Assembly: GCF_018977255.1 (NCBI RefSeq)
Contig: NW_024704742.1
Span: 116,004,001-116,068,000 of the forward strand
Source of the DNA: Callorhinchus milii
Taxonomy: Eukaryota
DNA length: 64,000 nt
Direction of reading: 5' to 3'
A program made the position numbers and the translations under genes. The notes under the pieces were generated by a model. That model had not been told where the DNA came from and made no database searches. It saw only the letters and a list, made by a program, of their open reading frames with translations. Below, piece after piece: positions 51,158 through 63,744 of this stretch; position 1 is the stretch's first letter, and each line of letters starts with the position of its first letter.

Positions 51158-51699
51158 TTAGAGGTGAGGGTGCTAACCACTGAGCCAGACTGACACAGGT
51201 TAAGCCTAAAAGAGAATGGAAATGTAATGATCGTCCTTAAATTTAGGATAGCGCCTTTCATGTCAGGAAGACGTCAGGAAGTCTTCACAGGATATGATGT
51301 GGAGTGACTGTGTAAAGGCGTCACTTTACTAGGGAAAGGCGACAGCCAATTTGCACAGAACGGTGTCCCACAAACAGCCAGAAATGAATGACCAATTTTA
51401 TTTAGGAAATTGTTGGCCAGGCAGGGCACTGGGAGAAACTCCCTTTTTTTAAAAAAAGGTCAGGTTGGCAAGAGCTCAGGCTTGGCAACCCCAGAGCGCG
51501 TTATTTCCATAGTGCTAAAACTGGGTAACTTCCCCTTTCAGAGTGAGGCGGAGAGAGGGTCGGCGGGGCCCTGAAAGGGAGAGAATGATGGGGAGAGAGA
51601 GTGAGGGGCCACAGAGTCTCAGTGGGACAGAGTGACCGGGAGGGAAAGCCTCAGTGGACAGAGTGAGTGACCAGGAGAGAGTGGGAGGGACACAGTTTC

Positions 51700-52750
51700 T
51701 CCCAGTGTTCCCGGCTGTTGTCAGCGGAGGGTAACGGGATGGCAGAGGGAGGTGCGGAGAGAGTGACGGGGGAATGAGAGGGACGGGGAGAGTGATGAGG
51801 AGAGGGGGATGGACACACGCTGCTGGTGGGGGAGCGAGGGGTCGGGTCCCCGGGCAGTTGCCATGACACCGACTCGGGGAGTGGGGGGCGGGGCGTCACG
51901 TGCTCTGTCGTCACGTCCGCTCTCCTTCTGGCTGCCATCTTGGTCGCCTCGTGCGCTGCCTCTCTCTCGAGTTTGCAGGTTAGTGCGGAGCCGCCAACCG
52001 CCAGCCCCGAGCCGACACACCGCCCAAGGTAATGAGTGAGCGCGCTTCAGGCACACACAGGGCAGGGCCGGGCCGAGACGAGTCGAGTCGAGCGGCGCCG
52101 GGCCGGGCCGGGCGGGAGGCTGAGGGCCCACAGGCGCTGCGGCTGCGCGAGGTTGGCCGACTGTCCGGGCCCAGAGCCTCGGGTTAGAGTCTCGCTTCGT
52201 CCCGCGAGCCGAGGCTCTTTGCGGGGCGCAGTATAACCGGCCGAGCCTCCGAGATATAACCCCTTCCTCTCCTCCCCTCTCCTCTCCTCTCCCGCCCCCC
52301 GGTTAGAGAGCAACTAACTGCCGCCCCCATGATGCAGGGCCTGTCCTGCGGCAGAGGGTGGGGGCCTGGGCCGGGCAGCCTTTCCCTGCTGCAGAGGCGC
52401 TTCACCCCCACCTCCTCCCTCCGGGGGTCACACATGAGAATCGTATTTAAATATTCGGAAACTACTGCGTTGAAATGTCAGTTTCCGTTCCTACACAACC
52501 TGCTCAGAATGCCCCTCCATCTGCATGTTTGTTGACGCGGTTTTTTTCTTACATCGTCGCGTTTTAACTGTTCGCGAGTTCCCCGCGAAGGTGAGTTGTT
52601 TTGGGCTGTGGAGGAGGAAACCAGTCGGAGCAGTGCGACACCGCCAGTCAGCACCAGAGGCCATCAAATTAAAGTCGCAGAGCCCTGCGCTCCCTTTACG
52701 CTTCGTTTCTATCTGAATTGCGAACGTGAAACCAGTTTTGCTGCAAATTG
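51700..52750. promoter_or_regulatory. CpG-island promoter of BTF3
   Basis: Very GC/CpG-rich; GC box GGGGCGGGGC 51885-51894, CGTCACGTG 51894-51902, CGTCACGT 51909-51916, YY1-like GCCATCTTG 51934-51942. Confidence 0.88.
51920..52028 (+). other. BTF3: BTF3 non-coding exon 1 (start approximate)
   Basis: Pyrimidine tract CTCTCCTTCT, YY1-like GCCATCTTG, donor AAG|GTAATG at 52028/52029; possible alternative donor CAG|GTTAGT at 51978/51979. Confidence 0.7.
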
Positions 52751-53418
52751 ATAACTTGACCCCCGTAGGGTCGTTAGTGCAATTGCTTAAACCTTTCTGG
52801 AGGTTATTCTCTCTCTCGATGACTGTTGGAAATCGACATTTACATCGACTATGTTGCTGACTGCAACCCGGTGGTGGTTGGAACCATGAAGTTTATTTTT
52901 TTTTAAGAAGCGCCACCTGAGGTCTATTCCATTCTGTAGCTTTCGTTTGCAAAACTGCCTGTTCTGACATGCATTTAAAACTAAGGTTTCACCTTGGGTT
53001 GAGTTTCTTCTGACTTGGCTATTTCTGGGTGGGGTAATATTGCTTCAAGGTTACTCTTTGGAACCAAATCGAGTTAAATTAAAATAGCTTAACGTAGAAG
53101 TTTGAAAATCCACCAATCACAACTGCCCATTGTAAATATTTCGAAATAATTTCGCAACCGCTGTGGTGTGACTTATTTGGAATAGTCATTGGTTTGACGG
53201 CTTTGCCCCACAACTGTGAAGTCTATTTGTACCATCATTTGTGTTGCAATGAATGGGTGGAAAAGTGGTCAGATTATTGTATTAGATCATTACTTTGCTC
53301 ACGCCCCCGTTCAGAGTTGAATAAAGTCCAAGCATGTAAATTTTGAATTTAAGGTGATCTTTTGGAATTGAATAATATTTTTTGGAATGCTGATAAACCT
53401 TTATTTTCTAATTTTTAA

Positions 53419-53529
<111 letters not shown>

Positions 53530-54425
53530 TAATTTTATCTTAATGTTGTAGTGTTGATCCATTCATTGCATAGAAAGTTGGCCTTTCATTGTTTTAAATG
53601 GGTATATCATTGAGGTGATAGAGGATTCATGAAGCCTTATCTTGTGAAGTAAAATTAATGTTTTGTTTGTGCGTTGTGTATGTGTACTTCAGATATAATA
53701 TAGGCCCTACAGTAGTGGTTGCAATAACTTTTAAATCTATACCCATGGATTTTATTCTGATTCCTTTTCTTTATTCCTTTTCAAAATTTCAAAAGATTAG
53801 TTTTGAAACTTGTTTCCTTCTACGTTTTGCCCACAAAATATACAGTCAATTCACTTACAGTATATTTTGTGAAGCTCTATGAGGTGTCTTGAAGACTTGA
53901 TAAGGTGCTATATAAAATGCAAGTATAATTTTACCATAGTTCTGGGATGTATTTCTATTGAGAATATTGTTGATCTTTATTTGAAAGCCCAGTGATCAAC
54001 TACTTTTCAACTTATTCTTGAAATGCTTTTAATTATTTAAGAATATAAATAAATATTGCAGGGTTTTTTTGTATTGGGTTTTAGGTTTGTTAAATGTGGG
54101 ATTCCATGACTGAACAGTTTTTAAAAAAACATTTGGTGTTTTGTGTCAGTCAGCCCTATCTAGTTTCAGTAATCTGAGACTGTTGCTTTTGGTGCAACTT
54201 TGGGCATTGAGGACTCACTGTCCTGTTGTTAGAATCAAGTATTAAGTGTACAGGCCTTGAAGAATGCATTGCGTGTTAGGGGGCCCAATGCATTGCATCA
54301 CAGAGTGAATGCAGTTTTGTGGTGTAAATCTCCATTTGCGGTATTTCTGGTCTCAGGTATGCAGTTGTAGGGAGAGACCAGACAGTGGACTGGGCTTTAT
54401 CCTCGGAAGATGGCCTTGGAGAAGA

Positions 54426-54441
54426 CTGCCCTCTGCTGGTG
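54426..54441 (-). promoter_or_regulatory. CTCF-like motif in BTF3 intron 2
   Basis: Minus strand CACCAGCAGAGGGCAG fits the consensus CCASYAGRKGGCRS. Confidence 0.55.
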
Positions 54442-54536
54442 AAGGTCGAAATAGGGAGTTTTGCAATTGTAGCCTTTTTCAAAGCTTCTGTGTAGTTTAC
54501 AATTTACATCGTTAATGTGCAGGTAAGTGTAATTAT

Positions 54537-55149
54537 GGAGTCCTGTAGCTCAGTGGTTAGAGCACTCGCCTTGCAAGCGGGACACCTGGGATCAGTTCCA
54601 GGCAGGGCAAAACCTTGGGCAAGTTTCCTTTCTTCACAACCCTGATAATAATCCCTCCAGAACAAAACAATAATAAATTGGTGATTTTCAATCCACGACT
54701 GATTGTGGGACACTGCTGTACGCAATTGGCTGCCGCATTTCACCCACAAATTCACTTTACAGCATATTCAGTGAAGCGCTTTGAGATGTCTAGAACAACA
54801 ACAACAAGATTCCATTTATAAAGCGCCTTTCACGTCAGGAGGACGTCCCAAGGCGCTGCACAGTTGGGTCATGACCCGAGCAGGGGGGAAATGGTCGAGG
54901 GGAGGGAGCGAGGAGGGGGGAAATGGTCAGGGTGAGGGGAGGGATGGGAGGGAGCGAGAAGGGGAAGAGAGTCGAGAGGGGAGCTGAAGGCTCGGTCAAA
55001 GAGAAAGGTTTTGAGAACGGCCTTGAAGGAGGAGAGGGAGGAAGCAAGGCGAAGGCACTGGGGGATAGAGTTCCAGAGCCTCGGGGCTGAGAGGTGAAAG
55101 AAGACGTAGAAGACGTGAAAAGCACCATATCAAATGCAAGGATTATTAT
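54537..55149 (+). mobile_element. tRNA-SINE interrupted near its tail by an antisense L2 (~54795-55100)
   Basis: SINE stops at gagatgtctagaa and resumes gaagacgtgaaaagcaccatatcaaatgcaagg. Confidence 0.88.
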
Positions 55150-55194
55150 GGGCCTAGGGACACTTCTAAGTGATTTTGTTCCTAACTTAACCAC

Positions 55195-55514
55195 TGTAAT
55201 TCAGTGGTTAGAGCACGGGCAAGCGAGAGACCTAGGTTTGATTCCTGGCAGGGTGAAACGTTGGGCAAGTTACCTTACCCCACATGCCTCTATTTTTCTA
55301 GCAGTAAATAGGAACCCGGTTGTTAGTCGATTGGCGGATCGTTTTTCCAAGGGTCAAACATGACTGTTTGTGGGACATTGCTGTGCGCAATTGACTGCCG
55401 CGTTCGCCCACAAATATACAGTCAATTCCCTTTACAGTGTGTTCTGTGAAGCGCTTTGGGACGTCCTCCCGACGTGAAAAGCGCTATATCAAATGCAAGG
55501 ATTATTATTATTAT
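55195..55514 (+). mobile_element. tRNA-SINE, long-subtype 5' half with a young-type tail
   Basis: Extra segment ctagcagtaaataggaacccggttgttagtcg present; tail gggacgtcctcccgacgtg. Confidence 0.88.
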
Positions 55515-56419
55515 TGTCAATTAAAGTGATAATAGCACATGGATTATAAGGTCTCAACTCAACCGATTTGTCACTCAAGGAGTGCTCCTACTGGTAATTT
55601 CAGGGATGAACCTTGTTTACATGTATTGTGCATCTATTATTTAATATTTTCCTTCAAAATATGCTTGCAGTTAATATAACCTATGTTTTAAAAAATAGTT
55701 GTTTAATGTAAAATAATTGATTTGGGGCTCTTGAACTTTGTATCCGGTACCTCTCAATTTTGAGGTATTTGGCTGTCTCAGTGCCCGAGATAGAAGAGAA
55801 GTTTTCTGTCCAGTCTTCTGAAGTTAGAAGTTTGGTTCGTTCCCCTTCTTACATTCTATGAATTCTTTACTCCTTTTGAGTGAAAATCTTGGATGGGTGA
55901 GTGTTTCTTTATGTTACAAGTGTTGTCGCATTGTCGCACATATTTTCTAAGATTTGGAACTAGTGGAGAATATCTGATAATCTTCCTAAAATGTTTTATT
56001 TATATCCCTCCCTTTGGTTGGTTCTGATCAGCCAGTTCTGAAGCGAAAAGAGCTATATGAATGTAAAATTGTTGTATTTATTCCTTGGGCAATTGTAGTG
56101 TAGTGAAGTAATATGGACTATTGAATGGAAAACAGACTTCTCCCTAATCGTTTTTAATCCAGACAAACAGATGAAAGTTTTATTTTGATGGTGTGACCTT
56201 TCTGGGAAATAATCAGTACCTGTATTTAACTACTTTATCTGGTACATATACCACATTCAATTAATTCCTAAACCAGTATTAAGGTTGTTCGATTCAACAG
56301 CATTGTAGTTGTATGAATCTCATATTACTTTAAAGGAATTTGCTAGCATGTGATCTGGTATAAATTTCACAAATCTGAAACAATTCCGTTAGATTGGGTT
56401 ATTGTAGTTCATAGCGTGA

Positions 56420-56593
<174 letters not shown>

Positions 56594-56979
56594 TAAGTGA
56601 TTTGACTCGTGCTTACTTGGTACATGATTTCAGGGTTTAAAACTAAGGAACATCACATTAATGTTTTAAACTTTAGAATTATTATTAACTTTGACACTTT
56701 AATTTTTTTTCTTGTTTCCTCCTTCCTGCCCCATTATAACATTAATTAAAGACTAGTTAACTAATGTACAAGAACTAGATTATTCTTGTTAAATAGTTGT
56801 GTGAATTGGTTCTCTCAATTTTAATAATTGCTCTAAAATCATCATGACTTTCTATAATAGGAATATTAAATCAGAATGAATATTAAAATCTTTTATACTT
56901 CAGTTTTAAGTGACATTGATTATATGTTCTGTTAATAAAATTAAATTGATAATTTCTTCATAATGTTTTGTTTTTGACT

Positions 56980-57420
56980 TTGTCACCCCCATACTCTCCC
57001 CAGCTCTCTCCTCCAAATTACCCAGCGCTCTGGAGCTTTCATTCCCTCCTGCAGTCGACTTCACAAGCCCATCATCACCTGGCTCCATGACTCCCTATCT
57101 TCCAGATGATTAACCTTCAGGTTCTTGTGCTTGCCTTAAAATGCTGCTGCATACTACCTCTCCCATGTCCCTACTTACTCTGTTCTGCCATCTCTAATCT
57201 GATTGATGCCGTCGCCTGCCCTTGTTCTCCTCCATAATTGGTGGATGAGCTTTTAGCCACTTTGCCTTGCCACCTCCCTTTCTACTTTCAAAATCCAGTT
57301 AAAGAATTATTTGACTGGTCCTTTAGCCTCTTCTTTCCTCCCAGCTCGGACTCCCACAAGGGCATTGTAAAGCACTTTGAGATGTTCTCCCTATGTGAAA
57401 ATCACTATTAAGTGCAAATA
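56980..57420 (+). mobile_element. Degenerate L2 3' fragment (BTF3 intron 3)
   Basis: cccatcatcacctggctcc, ctactttcaaaatccagttaaag and a tail. Confidence 0.6.
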
Positions 57421-57609
57421 CTTGTGTTTAAGTGGTCACAGTAGAACTGTACAGTGCAGTGGAATTACATTTGATCCAAATATCACCATCGTTCAATACA
57501 AACTTTTCGTCAACATTTATGTAGCACCAGACTTTGTTCTGCTAAGTTTTTAGGGTATACAGCACTCTTTCAATGTTCTTTTCCTACTACACTAGCTGTT
57601 AGTGCATAA

Positions 57610-57846
<237 letters not shown>

Positions 57847-58607
57847 TAGTATCTGATCTTTGATCATCGTGAAACCATCCAACAATTTTTTAAAAAAAAA
57901 ACTAGAGGGTTTTATGGGAGTTTGGATTTGCATGTAATTTTGTTTCTTAAACCTACTGCTAATTTCAGTGATTTGCGGTGCTATTTAGACAGCCAGTTTA
58001 GAATAAATATTGCATTGTTGTACAGTATGTTTACTATAAAGATGTAGTTACCCGTTTTAATATGATTTGGAAGTGAAGCGCTTTGAGACCTCTCGATGAT
58101 GTGATAAAGCGCTATATCAAATGCAAGGATTATTATTTTGTAGCACAAGAATCTTAATGTAGTGTATTTTTAACTGCTTCATTGCGTGACAAAATAGATT
58201 ATGCCTCGTAGCAGAACTTGATCTTATGTGCTTTGTAATTCTGACTTATTGCGATCGGAGTTTGGATCCTGATGTTTTCTTTGTAAAAGTACTTAGATGC
58301 ATCAGTGCAGCACAATGCGATTTGAATGTGATTTTTTTAATGTCAAACGCAATGAAGCCATCCAGCTTTCGGGGGGGGGGGGGGTGTGTGTGCGCGCGCA
58401 GCAATATCACTGTATGTAGCACATTGTGACTGCCCTTGTTCTTGCTCCATTGTAAAGCAGGTTGATTGTTATGGCACTCCATCCTAGCTAACTCCCATTT
58501 TATAATTAAGTTCTACTATTTATTTAGTACTGTGGCACAGTTTACTCCTTGATCTATGAAGCAATGTGTCTTTGGTTTCCCTACTAAATAAGCTCTTGTT
58601 TTTACAG

Positions 58608-58664
58608 CTGTGGACAGCAAAGCACCACTTGCATCTGGTGAGGATGATGATGATGAAGTTCCAG
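58608..58664 (+). CDS. BTF3: BTF3 exon 5: PVDSKAPLASGEDDDDEVP
   Basis: tttacag|CT...CAG|gtatga, phase 1-1. Confidence 0.95.
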
Positions 58665-58834
58665 GTATGAGAAGTTAATTGTACATTGAGAATCTGAGTG
58701 CATATGACCACCTGAAATTAGTTTATAAAGTAATCAGATTTAAAGCAGTTGTATTCTTCAATCATGGTGCTCTAATCTGCAATCTTCAAGCAGTACATCA
58801 CCCTTCAGTTTATAGCTCGGTTTTCTCTCAAGGC

Positions 58835-59590
58835 ATTAATTTCCACATGTATGTGGATGACACAATCAACCAGTACCTCTCCTCAGGCTGTGTCCCACTC
58901 CCCCGCAAAACTGCTATCATCAGTCCTCCTTAAAAAAACCTATCATTGATCACTCCAATTTCACAAATTTTAGAACCATCGCAAACCTGCTCTTTCTGGC
59001 CAAAGTTTTGGAATGTGTGGTTGCAAATCAACTTCGCTCACACCTCTCCCTCCAATCCCTACTCAAACCCCTCCAGTCTGGTTTTTGCCCTGCCCACAGT
59101 ATAGAGACAGCGCTCATCGAGGTAACAAACAATGTTCTCTCTCTCTGTGACCAGGGCTCCCTCTGCCTCCTCGTTCTCTCCGCTGCATTCGACACAGTCG
59201 ATCACACCATCCTCTTCCCTCATTTACCTTAGAGGGACTGGACTTGCACGGCTTGAGTCCTATGCTCATTGGTCCCCTCCAACGTCTTCTCTCCTGAAAG
59301 ACTGAATTCCTCAACCTCCCCTCCTGTTCATCCCTCGTCCTGTCCGCTCCACTATCGGTGGCCGTGCCTTCAGCCACTACGCCACAAAACTCTGGAATTC
59401 CCTCCCTCAGCCCATCTGTCTTGTCCCCTCCCTCTCCACTTTCAAATCCTGCCTAAAGACCTTCCTTTTTGATCGTGTTTACAGTCACCTCCCTCTCCCC
59501 CTGGCTCGGGGTCGGACTCTGTCACTGTCAAGCGCTCCGGGACGCTACCCGGTTTGAAGGGCGCTATATAAATGTAAGCTGTTGTTGTAA
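58835..59590 (+). mobile_element. Rearranged L2 RT and tail fragments (BTF3 intron 5)
   Basis: LECVVANQL...LQSGFCPAHSIETAL...LSAAFDTVDH, then an L2 tail. Confidence 0.85.
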
Positions 59591-59786
59591 TTTGGATGGC
59601 CAACATCCAATATTTATAATCCTGCAGGTTACCGTGTTCATTTGTTGTCGAAGAGCTACAGTAACTTGGAGAGAAGGGAATAATCTTATCATCGTGTGGT
59701 ACAATACAGAAAGTGCTGAATAATAAAATTGCTTCACACTGTGGCTGGTTTCTTTTGTGTAATAACACAGCTGTCGTCTCTTACAG

Positions 59787-59833
59787 ACCTTGTTGAAAAT
59801 TTTGATGAGGCTTCAAAGGATGAGGCAAACTAA
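59787..59833 (+). CDS. BTF3: BTF3 exon 6 coding part: DLVENFDEASKDEAN*
   Basis: ttacag|AC...TAA at 59831-59833; conserved C-terminus. Confidence 0.95.
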
Positions 59834-60124
59834 AGAAAGATGACTACTGGAGAGAAGAACTCAAACTGGGTTAAGGGGGCTGCTTTTTTGTATTTGTGTA
59901 ATAGTTTTTTGTTTGATTTTGTTATTGTAATATTGCATTTTTGTACTGTTGTGGCATCATTTGGTTTTACAACCATTAGGTGCAAACTCAAATGGATTAT
60001 CCCGATGTTTTTTGTTACCATCGCAGCTCTTCTAATGCGTCATGTTAGTGGAATGAATTCTAACTTTGCACCCAGTTAAAATGAACAGGTCTGAACTGAA
60101 TTTAGCACTGTGGAACACAATGGA

Positions 60125-60130
60125 AATAAA
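60125..60130 (+). terminator. BTF3 polyadenylation signal AATAAA
   Basis: ~290 nt after the stop, followed by a GT-rich element (ggtttgtttg). Confidence 0.7.
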
Positions 60131-60619
60131 GGAAAAAAAATCTCTCTTCTGGTTTGTTTGATTATAGACATGTTTATTTGACTAAAAGCATTGGCTAGAA
60201 AATTCTAGCTATCCATTTTTCTGATGGATCATTTTGAGTATCAGACATTATAAGCTATGGGGAAAATTATATTGTTTGTTCCAATTTCTTGTTGTACAGA
60301 AGCATGGCTACTGACTATGACCAGTCACCTATATCTGAGTTTGGGAAACTTGTTTGTTGGGAATATATACTAATCTTTGTATCTATAAGACTACTTGGTT
60401 GAGTCAACAGAAGATGTATTAAAATGATACGAGCCTATCAGTGTTCAGCTGTGAATTGAATTATGTGGGATTCATAATCTAAAATTACCTAGCTTTAACA
60501 GGGAAGTCGCCTCTGCATAGTTAATTTGTAATCATTGAGGGCAATGAATCTTATTTAGCCCAAGGGAAAGCATAGTATTTTTCAAGCTAAGATTTGAATA
60601 CAGTGCAACAAATTTGTTA

Positions 60620-61875
60620 GTGCGGTGTTCCTCAGGGCTCTATCCTTGGTCCCCTCTTCAATATTATATGCTCCCTCTTGGTGACATCATCCACAAACAT
60701 AGGGTCAGCTTCCACATGTATGCAGATGACACCCAACTCTTATCTCTCTATGTCAGCCCACGACTCCAGGACCACTGCTGTCATGACAGAATGTCAGATA
60801 TTAAGTCCTGTATGAGAGCTAACTTTCTACAGTTGAATGTCAACAAGACCAAGGCCCTATCAAAGCTCTCCTGATTGGCTCCCGTCAGCACCTCCACACC
60901 TCAGGCACTAACAGCATCACCATCCAAAATCCACACCACCTCACTGAGCCAGTCTGGAACCTTGGTGTTTGACCCTCAACTATCCTTTCTACCCCACATC
61001 CATGCCATGTCTTGCTCTGTCTTCCTCCACCTCATCAGCTGCTCCACTCACCGCAGGCCACCGAGACCCTCATACACCAGATGATGACATCCAGACTAGA
61101 TTACGCAAACTCCCTGCTTGTCGGCCTCCCCAACTCCTCCTTCCATAGCCTGCAGATCTAGAACATCTAGAACTCCAGCCTGTGGCCTCTCCCGCACCAG
61201 GCTCTGTGACCCTATTGCCCCCATCCACAATTCAAGATCCTGATCACCTTCAATAATAATCCTTGCATTTGATATAGCGCTTTTCACATTTTCTGGATGT
61301 CTCAAAGTCCTTCACAGGATATACTGTAAAGTGAATTGACTGTATATTTGTGGGCCAAACGCAGCAGCCAGTTGTGCACAGCAGTCTCCCACAAACTCGT
61401 GGATTGAAAATGACCCAATTTATTGTTTTTGTTTTGGAGGGATTATTATTAGGCGTGTGGAGTAAGGAAACTTGCCCAAGGCTTCGCCCTGCCTGGAATT
61501 GAACCCAGGTGTCTCCATGGCCTTGCTCCCCCCTACCTCTGCAACCTCCTACCAACCTGCCTGCTTCCTCCGCTCAGCTTGCCCTGGCCTGCTTCATATA
61601 CCCCACCTCGCCCACCCTACCATTGGCAGGTGGGCAGGCCTTCAGCCACTGCCCCCCCCTCTGGAACTCCATCCCACAATTCCTCCGCCTCACCCTCCCT
61701 TGCCTCCTTTAAGTACCGTCTCAAGACCCTCCTCTTCGACCATGTATTCAATCACCCTTCTTCCTCCTGCCTTCCACCCTTCCCGACCCTCAGGTGGGGT
61801 CCAAAAAGCTGATAATCCATCACCTTGGGATGTCCTTCCGAGGTGCAAGGCACTATACAAATGTAATTTTGTTTT
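60620..61875 (+). mobile_element. L2 RT-to-tail fragment interrupted by a SINE
   Basis: [25 protein letters not shown]...LQLNVNKTK. Confidence 0.9.
61252..61515 (-). mobile_element. 5'-truncated tRNA-SINE inside L2
   Basis: Tail to B box present; L2 resumes at catggccttgctcc. Confidence 0.9.
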
Positions 61876-62213
61876 ACAGTATTAGGTTTTTTTTAAAAAA
61901 ATGTCCTTGTACTGTTTTGAAGTGTGTACAGTTCACTTTTTTGCTGAGTTTAGTGAAATTTGTTTACACTCAACACAGAACATTAAAGAATTTTATTGGT
62001 GTAACTTGGTATTGATTCTATTCAGTTAATTTACAAAAGATATTCAACAGTTATTGTTGCTTACACATCTAAAATGATGAAAATTCACCACAATTATTTT
62101 GAACATTGCCACACAAAAAATGCAATTAGGAGAAATGGATTAAAAGTAGGAATGAGAATGGACCGAACTTGGGGAGAAAAGGCCCAGAACTTGGGGAGAA
62201 AAGGTCCAACATT

Positions 62214-62548
62214 TGCCTTGCAAACGAGGGGACCTGAGTTCGATTCCCAGTCAGGGTGAAATCTTAGGTACGTTTCCTTACTCCACATCCCTCTTTACCT
62301 AGCAGTAAGTAGGAACCTGTTTGTTAGTTGATTGACGGATCGCTTTTCTGGGGGTAATCCTTCACAAAAACTTTTAAAAATTGGGTCACTCAATTCACAA
62401 CTATTTGTTGGACACTTGTGCGTAATTGGCTGCTGCATTTCACCCACAAAATATAGAGTCAATTTATTTTACAGGATATTCTGCGAAGCACTTTGAGATG
62501 TCTCAAAAATGTGAAAAGGCGCTATGTCAAATGCAAGGATCATTATTA
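62214..62548 (+). mobile_element. 5'-truncated tRNA-SINE, long subtype
   Basis: gagttcgattcccag...tttacctagcagtaagtaggaacc...tail. Confidence 0.85.
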
Positions 62549-63744
62549 ATGTTTACATCAGTATTTTGAGGTACAGACATTATCTGAGCAGAGAAGATAA
62601 AACCACATGACCAGATGCACATCTGCATTATAATAAAATAATCCTTGCATTTGATATAGTGCTTTATCACATTGTTGAGACTTCCCAAAATTATAAAAAA
62701 TAGATTAATCTAGAACAGGGGTGGGGGGAGCTCCTACTTGATGCTAGATATATTACTTTGCACAATAAAGGTAGTTAAAACACCAAATGTAATGGAGTGA
62801 GCAGTAAAAAAGTTATCCACTTGAAAACAGCATAAAATTCTTGAAAATATACGAGTATATTGGTCTATGTCCAAGGTCGAAACTGTGCATTCAACTATAA
62901 AAATGTTCTATATGCAGATATTTTCATCACTCCAGTCACTGCAGTCCTGAATGTGATCTTTACAGCGACTTTTAGGAATGCAGTCGCAGTCACTGAAGAA
63001 AACTGTAGTACATTTCCAGCCAAAACAGGGAGGACACTGCAAAGCTAAATAAAAAAAATGCAATCAATTCGATTTATTGAATCCTATAATTTACAATACT
63101 TTTTTTCTTCTAATATCCAATAAAATGGTAGGAAAATGATGTTGCACCTTTGGTAGCTACTAGCAGCAACAGATGTAAATAGCAAACAAAGCTTTAAAAA
63201 ATAATGGTTACTAAAATACTGCATACATTTTTATTAATAGCTATTGTTGAGTGTGAAAGACCTGCCTCAGGAGCTGAGCAGCTGTAGGTGCTACCATTCA
63301 TTTGGAGTTCTATTTTAAACCAGTACAATTTAATGGACAGCAAAGTCACCATTCTTCACTTTTGATCCTTGATAATGGGTGTTGACCACAGCAAGCTGAG
63401 TTCAATCCTGTCTTCATCCAGTATCTACTCATGCACCTGGAGCAGGAGATGCTAGACAGTGAGTAAGAACATGGTAGATTTTCCTCACTAGCATAGCGAG
63501 CTTAGGTCAACCATGATAAATGTTGAGCTGGCTTATTCAGTACATGGGATCTCCAGCGTCTGTATGGTTCTGCTCAAGAGGCTCCAGGCCATTCATGGTC
63601 TCAATAATCAATTTAAGAGTATGAACAATGTCTAAGGCAGCATATGGTTGCAAGATTGCAGATAAAAAAGGGGATGCTTAAAATGCTTCAGGAAATATTT
63701 AATTGCAGATGTTTAATGCAAATGTTTGTCTATAATTATAATAG

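Noticed and set aside
51651..52716. Many ORFs across the BTF3 CpG island
   Set aside because: Low-complexity GC-rich frames with no homology I recognise, apart from the speculative extension listed under findings
54300..54510. Possible intronic H/ACA snoRNA in BTF3 intron 2 (9-bp stem TCTGGTCTC/GAGACCAGA, downstream ACA)
   Set aside because: No proper H box (ANANNA) after the hairpin and no convincing two-hairpin layout; an Infernal/Rfam scan would be needed
62165..62208. 22-bp tandem duplication GAACTTGGGGAGAAAAGG(C/T)CCA
   Set aside because: Two-copy slippage next to a truncated SINE; nothing suggests function
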